Positions 27,046 through 41,935 of a stretch of DNA of 64,000 nt are shown here, piece after piece. The DNA is from Eledone cirrhosa (lineage: Eukaryota), in contig OZ024740.1 of NCBI GenBank assembly GCA_964016885.1, forward strand, positions 84,444,001 through 84,508,000, read 5' to 3'. Each line of letters starts with the position of its first letter. Within the stretch, counting starts at the first letter, position 1. The position numbers and the translations under genes are program-made. A model generated the notes under the pieces. That model saw only the letters and a list, made by a program, of their open reading frames with translations, did no database searches and was not told the DNA's origin.

Positions 27046-29084
27046 TAGAGTTGAGATGGAGGGTCTGTGGTTTTTCTCACATCTGATTGGTCTTTGAATG
27101 TTACTTGTTTTATATGGAAAAAAGTGGCTCAAAACGCCAGGTTTTTAAAGAAGTAATTTGATTGGTTGGTCAATAAGTATAATAAATTTCGCACCAGTTC
27201 ACGTTACAAAATTCTTCAAACAGGGGGGGGGGGGGGGGCTCAGATTGTTTTTTCATATATGGGTCTTTGAATTTATTTTTACTTAAAAAAAAGAGGGCTC
27301 ACGAAGGCTTTTTTTTTATAAATGTAATTTGATTGGTTATAAATGAAATTATGGCTGTCACGTGAATTAAATTACGCGCCCGTATTTTGTAATTTATTTT
27401 GTAGCCTTTTAGAGAATTTTATGACAAACAAAAGATAATGGGCAAGAGAAATGGGATGGGGAGAATTGTTCTGGTTCAGTGAATGTGGCAGGTTGTTTTT
27501 TTCATATATGAGTGAAGTTTGGTTGGTTGATGTAGTCACGTGAATAAGTATATCAGCTTTCGCGTAAGTTTGTTTGAATTTCTTTTTACTTAAAAAAAGT
27601 GGCTCACGAAGGCTTTTTTTTTATAAATGTAATTTGATTGGTTATAAATGAAATTATGACTGTCACGTGAACAAGTTCATTAAATTTCGCGCCCGTATTT
27701 TGGAATTTATTTTGTAGCCTTTTAGAGAATTTTATGACAAGCAAAAGATACTGGGCAAGAGAAATTGGATGGGAGAATTTTTCTGGTTCAGTGAATATGG
27801 CTGGTTCGCTGGGGTGTCACAATTCAGATTTTCTATTGAAATATAGAAAGTAGACATATGTATGTTTATTTGTGTGCTTGTGTGTATGTGTGTGTGTGTG
27901 TATAGGAAGAGGATTCTATTAGTAGAAATGGGGGAGGGAGCTATGTGTGTGTGTATATGGGTGTTATGTATGTGTGGGGGTGGGGGTATGTTAAGATGGG
28001 GAGAATATAGATATTTTGTGTGTGTGTGTGTATGTGTGTAGGAAAGTGATTCTATTAGTAGAAATGGGGGAGGGAGTTGTGTGTGGGGGGTGGGGGTGTT
28101 ATGTATGTGTGGGAGTATGGTTAGCATGTTAAGATGAAGAGAATATATATTTTGTGTGTGTGTATGTGTGTGTAGGAAAATGATTCCGTGAGTAGGAACA
28201 TTTTTGAATGAACATATTTTCCTTACTTATTCGTATTTGTTCTGTTGTATTGTCAGCGCAAACTTAAGGGTTATTTAGTTAAGGGTTATTTAGTTCGGGT
28301 TTTTATTTTCGAAAGTATAAGGTGTTATGTGTGTGTGTATGTGTCTGTTTGGATGGTTAGCCTGTTATGGTTTTGACATAATGTATATTAAACCATATTT
28401 AATGCTGGTCTATATTTTTGAATAAACATATTTTCCTTATTTATTCGTATTCGTTCTGTTGTATTGTCAGCGCAAAGGTAAAATGGGAAGACTTGGAATT
28501 TGGGTGTCTTATTACTTGCGCATATGTCTAGATATGTGCTTAGTGGTATCTGTCTCATGGTTGGATCTCGTAATTGTTGGCGATGAACTGTCATTCTGTT
28601 TCTGAGTGTGAGTTTAGTTTGTCCTATATAATCTTCATTGCATCCTTTACATTTAATGGCATAAATTAGATTTTTTCATGAGCAAGTGAAGTGATTTTTT
28701 ACAGCAAAATTTTGTCCTGATTGAAATGTATACGTGTTGCCTTCAATGAGGTGAGTGCAGGTTACACAATTAGAGCGACCAGATTTTTTGACAGTTTGTT
28801 GTGGGTTTGTGGTAGGTAATTTGGCATTGGTGAGTAATGTTTTCAGTGATTTCGGTTGTCTTTTGCTTTTGATTATTTTGTGTGTTTCAAGGGCTTTTTT
28901 CATTCTTCGGTCTTGTTTCAGTAGTGGGATTTTCTTGTGAATAGTGTTGTAAGCTTCCGCATTTCTTGGGTTGTATGTTGAGATATATGATAGAATATTG
29001 GACATACCTTGAATTTGTTTCTATTTTCGTAATTCATCATTGACTATTGCTTTAGCCCTTTCTATTCCATTATTTATTAGTAAT

Positions 29085-29250
29085 GGTGGATTGGCAGTAT
29101 CAGTAGAGAGTCGGACGCCATGCTTTGCAGCAACGAGTTACGGCCCAAAGAGTTAACTTTGCCTTTTATCCTTACGGGGTCGATAAAATAAAGTACCAGT
29201 AATGTACTGGGTATTTTGATGACCTTGTGCCAAAAGTAGAAACAATTATT
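29085..29250 (+). mobile_element. SINE in PLE ORF
   Basis: Duplication ATTATTTATTAGTAATGGTGG at 29069-29089 and 29245-29265. Confidence 0.9.
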
Positions 29251-30568
29251 TATTAGTAATGGTGGGCACTGTCTTTCGAGTAGAATCTCCTTTAATTCTT
29301 GAAGTCTTTTATTTCGCGTTTCATAATTGGAGACAATTGTGCAAATTCTTCTTGCTAGGTTAAAAGGAATGTTCGTCTTCGTGTGCTTTGGATGGTTGGA
29401 GGTCAATAGCAGGTATTTTTGAAATCTATTGGTTTGTAGTGTATGTCAGTTTCAATATTTGTATCTTTTTTTAAGATTAAGATGTCCAGAAATGGGAGTT
29501 GATCTGGGCTGTATTCCATTGTGAATTGGATGTGGTTATTGATGCCGTTTATTGAATTTTTGAAATCATTCAGTTGGTCGAGTGTGTGAGGCCAAAGAAT
29601 GAGACAATCATCCAAGTAGCGTTTCCAATTCTCTGATAAATATTTGTGGAAGTTCAATCCGTATTTTGATTTGGACTGTTCATATATCTGGACTTCTAAG
29701 TATGCCATGACTAAGTTGGCATAAGTTTGAGCGGCTTTTGTACCCATCGCAGTCCCCGATATTTTCTTGTAAGTACTTCCATCGAAATCAACAAAGTTGT
29801 TCTGTAAGATAAATTTTAATCCCTCAGTGATGAAGCTTTTTTCTATTCTGCCAAGTATCATTGGGATATTTCTCTAGCCAGAATCCTATTGCTTCTAGTC
29901 CGTATTGGTGTGAGATCGTTGTGTAGAGATTCACTACATCGAAAGACACAGTAATAGTGCGTTGTTGACATGTTTGGGGAGGTAGTTTAAGAAGTCCAGA
30001 TCGTCTCTTACAAGGCTTGGTATGTGTTTGAGAATTGGTTTTAGTAGTATGTCTATAAAGTTGCTCAGTCTGTGTGTTTCACATTGTGGGCCCGCTACAA
30101 TTGGTCTTAATTTGAGGTCTGTGGAGTATTGTGTGTTCACGCAGGCTGAGGTGGATTGTTTACAGGCATCGCTAATTATTTTACACTTGTGGATCTTCGG
30201 AAGTCCGTAAAGGTTGCTGGTTTTGTATTCAAAATGTGTTAAATAATCGCGTTCCTTTTTAGTTAAGTCTTCCTGGTATCGACAAATCAGTGTGTTTAAT
30301 CTGGTCATTGTTTTTGATTGCTGGTAGTTTTTTACTCTTTCATAGTAATTAGTATTTTGTAAGAGAGAGAACATAGAATTTTTATATTTTTCAGCATCCA
30401 TAATGCCAACAGTACTTCCCTTATCCGCTTCCTTAATTATAATGTCCGTATTGTTTTTTAGTTCATGGATAATCTCCCATTCCCTTCGACTCGTGTTGGG
30501 TTTGGGTTTAGGTTGCGGTAGTTCATGGTATGGGAAAGTAGCTATGTGGTCACACAATTTGTCCAGAA

Positions 30569-31441
<873 letters not shown>

Positions 31442-31534
31442 GAAGTAATTCCGTCGGAAATGTCCAGGAAAAAAGTGTGCTCTATGTAGGTAACAGAGCT
31501 TAATAGTTATGTAATAAACAACATAAGGCAATTA

Positions 31535-31595
31535 TTTCATTTACCAGTGGTTTCTTAAAAGCAAAATAATTTTGCTTTCAATCATCAGAATGAAA
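31535..31595 (-). ncRNA. Canonical type I hammerhead (family F1)
   Basis: Reverse complement of the 39341-39401 motif. Confidence 0.85.
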
Positions 31596-32006
31596 AAATC
31601 CTGGTGTATTTATTGGCGTTGGATTTTAAAAAACAAAAATATAATCTATATGAAAGTTAGGCTGGAAAAGAAGAAGGAAAGGAAAAATAAAAACACACAT
31701 CCAAACACACACACACACACAAATATATACATACACATATATATATACATACACACATACATACACACACACATACACACACACACACACATACATATAT
31801 ATATGTGTGTACATATATCCATACACATACATATACACATACATACACACATAAATATCAACATATCCATACATACACATACATACAAATACACAAACGT
31901 GCATACAGACACACGCACACACACACACATATATATACATGCATATATATATATATATATATACATAAACATACATATACATACATACACACATATACAT
32001 ATATAT

Positions 32007-32055
<49 letters not shown>

Positions 32056-32436
32056 CACATACATAACCATACATATATACATACACATACATACATACAT
32101 ACACATAATCATAGCTATATACACAAGTACTTACATACACATACATACACACATATATACACGTATACATACGCATGCACAAATATAGAAATATATACAC
32201 ACACCTACATACTCACACACACAAATAAATATAAGAAAAAATATATAATAATAAAAAAATGAATATAAAATTTATTATAGTGTTGACAGCGATACAGGCA
32301 ACAAATAAATGAACAAACACACGTGGTAAGCAATACACACAAATGCACGTACACATACATACGTAAAGATAAATACATACACACACTCTCATACATAAAT
32401 ATACATATACAAATACATACATACATACATACATAC

Positions 32437-33042
32437 ATGGTGGCTGCCAACTCGTTTTCGAGTACGGCCACTACTTCATATCCATGTAGGAGAACCTCTA
32501 CCGATGCGCTGAATGACTGACTTTTTAGTCCAGCCAGCGACTTGAAAACTCTGGTACAAACACTACACTTGTGACAATTATTGACACATAGTGCTAGGCC
32601 CATGGTACCATGTGACGACAAGTGCAGAGAGATCTCCAGATATAAAGCAATGCCTGTGCCGTGAAGCTTTTATAGTGAGCAAAGGCACTGCACAAAGCCA
32701 GTCCCACTCTCTTAACCAAGATGATATTTACCAAAAAGAAGAACAAGTCAACATCATTGGATACCATCAGGGTTGCAGGTGTTATATCAGAGTTTTCCTT
32801 CTCCTAGAATTCTGCCTTGACAAAGGCTAAGGGGTCATCTCTCCCGGTGATTCTGGATGGCCATTGACTCTTAAGAGCTGTTTGCCCTTTGACAGGTTTT
32901 GTTTTTAGTCCTGCAGGATGCCCAAAGTCACCCTCCTCACCAAGAAACCTTGGTGGGGTTGCCAGTTTAGTCGCCAACGACCCGACCATGAGACAGGTTG
33001 TACTGGGATACATGTTACCAGTAGCACCAAGTGGTGACCTGA
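32437..33042 (-). mobile_element. (TACA)n-inserted ~600 bp element, solo copy
   Basis: Matches 7061-7668; absent from the homologous arm at ~38500-38520. Confidence 0.92.
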
Positions 33043-33168
33043 CATACATACATACATACATACATACATACACATACACATATACATACACACACACATA
33101 TACATATATACACACACATACATATATATAACCCATTAGCAACCCCGCAGCACGTTTATTCTCATATT

Positions 33169-33169
<1 letters not shown>

Positions 33170-33206
<37 letters not shown>

Positions 33207-33345
33207 AACATAAACACATACACAAACATATACATACATATCACAAACACATTCATACAAATACAAACATACACATATATATGTGTGTGTAAAACTCATT
33301 CTTAGATAATTCATATGAACCTTGTTTAACTCCAACATATATATA

Positions 33346-33425
<80 letters not shown>

Positions 33426-33907
33426 CACATACATACACATACATACATACACACATACACATATATACCTACACGCACATATATACATACACATACGTAT
33501 GCATACATATATACACACACACACATATAACTATATATATATATGAGAAAGAACATAAATATTATATATATAAAAAAAACCTAAATATTGTATATATAAA
33601 AAAATATTGTATATATAAAAATAAAAATAAAAATGAAAATAAAAAGTTGGGAATACGACAAATAATAAATAAAAAAAATATTTAGAAACGGTATAAATGT
33701 TTATAGCAGATTTAGAGGACTCAACAAGTTCCTGGAGAAAAAGATCAATGAAAATGAGCATTAAATCACTGTATGTAATTATGCATATACATACACCCAT
33801 ACATATATATATATATATATACATACACACATATATATACATATATATACATACACACACACACACAAAAACACAACCACAGAAATACACACACACATAC
33901 AATTACG

Positions 33908-33939
<32 letters not shown>

Positions 33940-35865
33940 TAGGAAAAAGTCTGACCCCACGGCAGAGCTCAAGCCGTTTCTGAGGCTATTATATATATAC
34001 ACACAAAACCATAATATAAAAAAATACATATACACGCACAAATATACACACGCCCATACACACACATTAAATCTATATATACATACATACACACATACAC
34101 ATATATACATATACATATATATATATATACACATATATATATATATACACATATATATATATATATACACACATACACACATACATATATACATATATAT
34201 ACACACACACACGCACAAATACAACAGAAATATATAATATACGATTATATATACATATACATATACATACAGATAGATATAAACATACATACACACACAT
34301 ATATACATACACATATACATATACACACACATATATACATACACATATATATATAAATATATATACATATATACATATATATATATATATACATATATAC
34401 ACATATACATACATATACGTAACACAAAAAAAATTAATATCTAAAAATCAAAAAATGTTGGTATGTGAAGGGTAAGGCAAAAAAGTAGGGGGGATAAAGA
34501 GGGGCTGGGAAATGACATAGGAAAAGGTTTAAATATAAGAGGAGATAAGGGAGAAAGAGAATACGAGAGTACAGAACGTGGATTCAGCAGGTAAAAAACC
34601 GTAGTGGAAGTAAAGAGCAGAGAAGGATTTCAAGGTGGTTGAGTTATCATAGGAATGTCAATCCAGTTACAGATCAGATGTGATTTCAGATGAGGACAAC
34701 ATCTGAAGATCTCGGTCTTTGAGTTCAGGCAAGCAGAAGTGGCTTTCAAGTTTAGCAAAATCCTATATTTTTTCTGTGGTACACAAAGAACAATTCTTTG
34801 TGCCCCTTTGGTACTCCCTCGAATGGTCTAAGATAGATCAATCGATAGAGTACGAGATGTTTTTATCCTTGAATTCCCACACCATACTTGCGAGGGCCGT
34901 TGCTGTTCGTTTATCGGAGTGCTTAAAAGAAGCGACATGTGCATAAAACCTGGTTTTCAACCTGTCCTGGGTCATGCCAACATATCGCTCACTCCTGGCT
35001 GGCTGGTTGTTGATTAAAGGTGTCACTTTGGCCTCATAAACAACAGATTTGGTGTTACATTTTCCCTGTATTGGGCATTCGTCCGGCTTCCTGCAACTGC
35101 ATCCTGGATTTGTTCTCGTATGATTTGAATTAGTGATCTTAGACTTCATTGATGGGCAACAAGAGTAACTGATCTTAACTACGTTTCTATTAAATATCTT
35201 ATAATATCTATGATTAGGAGGAAAATGTTTATCTAAGAGGTCAAGGAATTTCCTTCCTTCATTAGTTTTGACAGTTAGAGAGAAGGCAGGTGTAACCAAA
35301 TAATTTTCCTTTTCCTATTATTGTGGTTAGTTTTAGGGGGGGAGTAGGTGAATAATAAATTTGTTCTGTAAAACCGCTGTTATTAAGGGCTTTATTATAA
35401 TAAGGGGCGGCTTTATTGATCTGTAACTGGATTGACATTCCTATGATAACTCAACCACCTTGATATCCTTCTCTGCTCTTTACTTCCACTACGATTTTTT
35501 TACCTGCTGAATCCACGTTCTGTACTCTCGTATTCTCTTTCTCCCTTATCTCCCCTTATATTTAAACCTTTTCCTATGTCATTTTCCCCCCTCTTTTTCC
35601 CCCCTACTTTTTTGCCTTACCCTTCACATACCAAAATTTTTTTATTTTTAGATACTAATTTTTTTTTGTATGTTACGTATATGTATGTATATGTGTATAT
35701 ATGTATATATTTGTATATATATATATAGGTATGTATATATATGAATATATATATGTGTATGTATATATGTGTGTGTATGTATGTTTATATCTATCTGTAT
35801 GTATATTTATATGTATATGTATATATAATAGTATATTATATATTTCTGTTGTATTTGTGCGTGTG

Positions 35866-35948
<83 letters not shown>

Positions 35949-36197
35949 ATATATATATGTGTATATATATATATATGTATATGTATATATGTGTATGTGT
36001 GTATGTGTGTATATATAGATTTAATGTGTGTTTATGGGCGTGTGTATATTTGTGCGTGTATATGTATTTTTTTATATTATGGTTTTGTGGGTATATATAT
36101 ATATGTATATATACGTAATTGTATGTGTGTGTGTATTTCTGTGGTTGTGTTTGTGTGTGTGTGTGTGTGTATGTATATATATGTATATATATGTGTG

Positions 36198-36248
<51 letters not shown>

Positions 36249-36455
36249 ATATATATATATATGTGTATATATATATATATGTATATGTATATATGTGTAT
36301 GTGTGTATGTATGTATATATAGATTTAATGTGTGTGTATGGGCGTGTGTATATTTGTGCGTGTATATGTATTTTTTTATATTATGGTTTTGTGTGTATAT
36401 ATATAATAGCCTCAGAAACGGCTTGAGCTCTGCCGTGGGGTCAGACTTTTTCCTA

Positions 36456-36487
<32 letters not shown>

Positions 36488-36569
36488 CGTAATTGTATGT
36501 GTGTGTGTATTTCTGTGGTTGTGTTTTTGTGTGTGTGTGTGTATGTATATATATGTATATATATGTGTG

Positions 36570-36607
<38 letters not shown>

Positions 36608-37357
36608 GGTGTATGTATATGCATAATTACATACAGTGATTTAATGCTCATTTTCATTGATCTTTTGCTCCAGGAACTTGTTGAGTGCTCTAAATCTGCT
36701 ATAAACATTTATACCCTTTTCTAAATATATATATATTTTTATTATTTGTCGTATTCCCAACTTTTTATTTTTATTTTTATTTTTATTTTTATTTTTATTT
36801 TTATTTTTATTTTTATTTTTATTTTTATTTTTATTTTTATTTTTATTTTTATTTTTATTTTTATTTTTATTTTTATTTTTATTTTTATTTTTATTTTTAT
36901 TTTTATTTTTATTTTTATTTTTATTTTTATTTTTATTTTTATTTTTATTTTTATTTTTATTTTTATTTTTATTTTTATTTTTATTTTTATTTTTATTTTT
37001 ATATATACAATATTTTTTTTATATATACAATATTAAGTTTTTTTTTATATATATAATATTTATGTTCTTTCTCATATATATATATATAGTTATATGTGTG
37101 TGTGTGTGTATATATGTATGCATACGTATGTGTATGTATATATGTGCGTGTAGGTGTATATATGTGTATATGTGTATATATGTATGTGTATATATGTGTA
37201 TGTATACACATATATATATATATTGGAGTTAAACAAGGTTCATATGAATTATCTAAGAATGAGTTTTACACACACATATATATGTGTGTGTTTGTATTTG
37301 TATGTATGTGTTTGTGATATGTATGTATATGTTTGTGTATGTGTGTATGTATGTGTG

Positions 37358-37400
<43 letters not shown>
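33170..37400 (-). mobile_element. 5'-truncated PLE with long inverted 3' repeat
   Basis: GIY-YIG remnant 34838-35299 (CPIQGKC..VVYEAKV..RYVGMT); ~33170-34675 is inverted at ~35418-37400. Confidence 0.85.
36762..37001. repeat. (TTTTTA)n expansion
   Basis: ~40 perfect units versus ~4 in the partner arm (~33617-33645). Confidence 0.95.
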
Positions 37401-37403
<3 letters not shown>

Positions 37404-38431
37404 AACGAGTAGGACCCCGACGGCTGAGCTCAAGCCGTTTCGACGGCTAATTCTGGACTAAATAAAAAATGTTATCCTGGTATTTGAATAGCCGAGCTTC
37501 TCAGGGGGTAATTCCATTTATGGTAAAAGTGATTGTCACAAGGATTGGTCAAAAGTTTGTTGTTGAGACATAATAATTCTATCATGGTAATTTGTGGAGG
37601 GAAGGGGTAGCTGAGCCTGCCAGTAGAAGAAAGAGGCAGAGGGGAGAGGGAACCCAGTCGTGCGTTGATAGTACCAACTACAGCTGGGCATGAGGTCAAA
37701 GAAGATACTAGGGGGGGAGGGGGAGGAAGTCGAAACACTAAGTGAAACGATATTGGGTAAATATATAGTATTTTGGCCCCCCACTTGTTGACCCGTCACC
37801 GTAAGATATATTCGGTTGTTTACTTATACCTCTTAAAAGGGTCTCATTATAATTCCGTCCCACCTAGTAAACCTTTCTTTAGTCTAGCAGTACCAGTAAG
37901 AGACTTGATAGCTGTCCTTAGGTTATAGTAACCAGAAATTGTTTTTATTTACATTTAATTGTTTTTTAACACTCTCGGTACTTCTCTATATATTTACCCC
38001 ATATCGTTTTACTTATTGTTTCGACTTCCTCCCCCCCCCCTAGTATCTTTTTTTACCTCATGCCCAGCTGTAGTTGGCACTATCAACGCACGACTGGGTT
38101 CCCTCCACCCCCTCTTCCTCTTTCTTCTACTGGCAGGCTCAGCTACCCCTTCCCTCCACAAATTGCCATGATAGAATTATTATGTCTCAACAACAAACTT
38201 TTGACCAATCCTTGTGACAATCACTTTTACCATATATGGAATTACCCCCTGAGAAGCTCGGCTATTCAAATACCAGGATAAAAATTATTATTTAGTCCAG
38301 AATTAGCCGTCGAAACGGCTTGAGCTCAGCCGTCGGGGTCCTACTCGTTCCTATTACCCACTCTACTACCCTACGTATTGAGTACTTTGGTGCGTTATGG
38401 TCCACCTGGTTCCTTACCACATTTCCTTCGT

Positions 38432-38433
<2 letters not shown>
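37400..38433. mobile_element. Fold-back element with HHR-like arms
   Basis: 37400-37773 is inverted at 37988-38352; terminal part recurs at 41660-41795. Confidence 0.88.
38244..38339 (+). ncRNA. HHR-like motif, C3/A8 core mismatch
   Basis: ACCCC-CTGAGAA-..CGGCTA..TAGCCG..-GAAA-CGGCTtgagctcAGCCG-TC-GGGGT. Confidence 0.6.
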
Positions 38434-38466
<33 letters not shown>

Positions 38467-38943
38467 ATATATGTATATGTGTGTGTGTGTGTATATGTGT
38501 ATGCGTATGTATGTATGTATTTGTATATGTATATTTATGTATGAGAGTGTGTGTATGTATTTATTTTTACGTATATATGTGTACGTGCATTTGTGTGTAT
38601 TGCTTACCACGTGTGTTTGTTCATTTATTTGTTGCCTGTATCGCTGTCAACACTATAATAATCTTTATATTCATTTTTTTATTATTATATATCTTTTCTT
38701 ATATTTATTTGTGTGTGTGAGTATGTAGGTGTGTGTATATATTTCTATATTTGTGCATGCATATGTATACGTGTATATATGTGTGTATGTATGTGTATGT
38801 ATGTACGTGCGTATATACGTATGATTGTGTGTATGTATGTATGTGTATGTATATATGTATGGTTATGTATGTGTATGTATATATATATATATATGTGTGT
38901 GTGTATATATATGTATCTGTGTGTATGTATGTATATGTATGTT

Positions 38944-39013
<70 letters not shown>

Positions 39014-39340
39014 TATATATATGTGTGTGTGTGTGTGTGTATGCACGTTTGTGTATTTGTATGTATCTGTATGTATGGATATGTTGATATTTATGTGTGT
39101 ATGTATGTATGTGTATGGATATATGTACACACACATATATATGTGTGTGTGTGTGTGTGTATGTGTGTGTGTATGTATGTGTGTATGTATATATATATGT
39201 GTATGTATATATTTGTGTGTGTGTGTGTGTTTGCATGTGTTTTTTTATTTTTCCTTTCCTTCTTCCTTTTCCAGCCTCACTTTCATATAGATTATATTTT
39301 TGTTTTTAAAATCCAACGCCAATAAATACACAAGGATTTT

Positions 39341-39401
39341 TTTCATTCTGATGATTGAAAGCAAAATTTTTTTGCTTTTAAGAAACCACTGGTAAATGAA
39401 A
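39341..39401 (+). ncRNA. Canonical type I hammerhead (family F1)
   Basis: TTTCATT-CTGATGA-TTGAAAGCAAAA..TTTTGCTTTTAA-GAAA-CCACTGG-TA-AATGAAA; GUA site. Confidence 0.88.
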
Positions 39402-39419
39402 TAATTGCCTTATGTTGTT

Positions 39420-39507
<88 letters not shown>

Positions 39508-39624
39508 TATATAAAGTATTCAGGCTCTGTACTATAATTGTTATTTTACATTGAGCTACTCTCATACTTGTAATTGGATAATATCTAATATTTAATATTA
39601 CAAACATTTTTATATATATGTATA

Positions 39625-39661
<37 letters not shown>

Positions 39662-39681
39662 CTACAATTATATATATATGT

Positions 39682-39821
<140 letters not shown>

Positions 39822-40708
39822 TGCATAATAGTAGTATACAAAACGAATGATGGTAAACACATTCCAAGAGGCTTTAAGGAAAAAAGCAAAGAAAAAAACA
39901 GAGAAGAAAAAAGTGTTTTTGGTTTTGACTGAGACGATTTTTCCTTGTCGCATGTATATATGTATCTATAGGCATATATATATATTTGTGTGTGTGGGGG
40001 GGTGTAAGTTGGTCTAGCATGTCATTAAATGATTGCATTAAATATCAACAAAAGAATACATAAGTAGTGGTATACATCATAGTTTTCTGCAAGAATACAC
40101 ACTCACTGCCCAACATTCATGCACACGTGCTCACACTGACATACACACATACACACACACACACATACATACGCGCACAGACATACACACGCAAACATAC
40201 ATACTTACACAGATACAGGCACGAGGGAGGCGCTTGGAGGTCGCTTAATTTGCTTAAAGTCAAACCATGTTCTTATGATGTCATCATGCCGTATTTTAAC
40301 AATCATATATATAACACATCGAACAGTGTAGTTATATATATATACAAACAAAAGGCTCGGTGTTTTAAGGATAGAACTGCTGGGATCGTAGGTTTATATC
40401 ATCAAGATTGATCTAGAAGACTTGCTGCAGTTATAAATACATATCAATCCCTTTCTAGCAGGGAAAACGTTCAATAGTGATATATATATAGAGAGAGGGA
40501 GGGGGCATTCAATGCTAATATGTAGATCCGCTAGGGATGTGAGATCCTACGTTTGCGACTTCAACAGTTTCAGTGTCCGTAACAAGCAGAATATTAATAA
40601 TAAGAAGGGGAACGAAGTATCAATTCCCACGTGACGCAGATTTCGCAATTGATCAGCTCAAGGTATGATCACTAATGATCGGGCCCGACTCTGGAATCGA
40701 TACATACT

Positions 40709-40784
<76 letters not shown>

Positions 40785-40785
<1 letters not shown>

Positions 40786-41083
40786 TCTCGGGCCCCAAAT
40801 AATACGGGGGTTGGAATAAGCGAGGGGCGTAGAAAATCAGTAATTTTTCTAGGTAATCTCCGTTGACTTTTTTAAAACCAGAATTAGTCAGTCAGTTTAC
40901 ATATTCAGACTGCAACCCATCCTATTTATATTATAACGTATGGGAAAATTAATTGTCGCAGGAATGCTACCATTTAAATTAAATTACGCTGGAGATAGAT
41001 TAGCAAAATTTAATAAGCCGTGGGGTAGGGAAAAGTTTGAAAAATTAATAAGCAGAGTGGTTGGATTATCCGAGACCCTAGAA
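40785..41083. mobile_element. MITE-like element in (TA)n
   Basis: Imperfect TIR CTCTCGGGCCCCAAATAA / TTATCCGAGACCCTAGAA. Confidence 0.5.
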
Positions 41084-41265
41084 TATATATATATATATAT
41101 GTCCCAAGGCTCTGATACCATCACAACTATAAACACAGAGCTGGGCTGGCATATCTAAGAACTGACTAACTGCATGATGAGGTCATAGCCATTCAATGGC
41201 TATCATCGAAATATATATAGCAGTAAATAAAGGATTATGAGTTCATGTAATTGATTTATGTTTCG

Positions 41266-41303
<38 letters not shown>

Positions 41304-41304
41304 C

Positions 41305-41660
41305 AGATGGGTGCTACACGAGAATGCTGAAGATGGCTCTGAACATTAATCAGTATACACTGAGGATGAAAAACTCAGAGCTGTATGGGAGCCTCCCAAA
41401 AGTCAGCTCAAAAGTGACACAGAGGAGACTGAGGTTAGCTGGACATGCTCACCGACATTCAGAGTTGACATTGCACTCAGTGCTCCTGTCGGAGCCCCTA
41501 CATGGACACACTGGAAGAGGAAGACCAAGGTTAACGTATGTTGATGTCCTAAGGATGCCCTTGTCTGTCGGAAACGCAGGACATGGCAGCAATAATGAGG
41601 GACAGAGACCGCTGGAGAGAACTCGTCCATGGATCTCGGGAATTTTACCCGCCCTATACA
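41305..41660 (+). pseudogene. RTE/RTE-X LINE C-terminal fragment
   Basis: YTRMLKMALN..RRLRLAGHAHRH..GRGRPRLTYVDVL..MRDRDRWRELV. Confidence 0.8.
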
Positions 41661-41792
41661 AGAATTAGCCGTCGAAACGGCTTGAGCTCAGCCGTCGGGG
41701 TCTTACTGGTTCCTATTACCCACTCTACTACCCTAAGTATTGAGTACTTTGGTGCGTTATGGTCCACCTTGTTCCTTACCACATTTCCTTCG

Positions 41793-41861
<69 letters not shown>

Positions 41862-41862
41862 A

Positions 41863-41935
41863 AGGGTGTCCCCAAAAAATCTATACACACTTCAACAGCA
41901 AAAAATGCATTAAAATAAATTGTTTTACATGTAAG
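41863..41935 (+). mobile_element. Tc1/mariner-like terminal remnant
   Basis: AGGGTGTCCCAAAA, the same terminus as 50932. Confidence 0.45.

Larger units (their letters stand above)
26880..30568 (-). mobile_element. Second Penelope-like element of a different family, 5'-truncated
   Basis: LYGLPKIHK..LRPIVAG, GTAMGT, WKRYLDD, LPFLDI; GIY-YIG at ~28388-28750; long repeat-containing 3'UTR. Confidence 0.9.
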
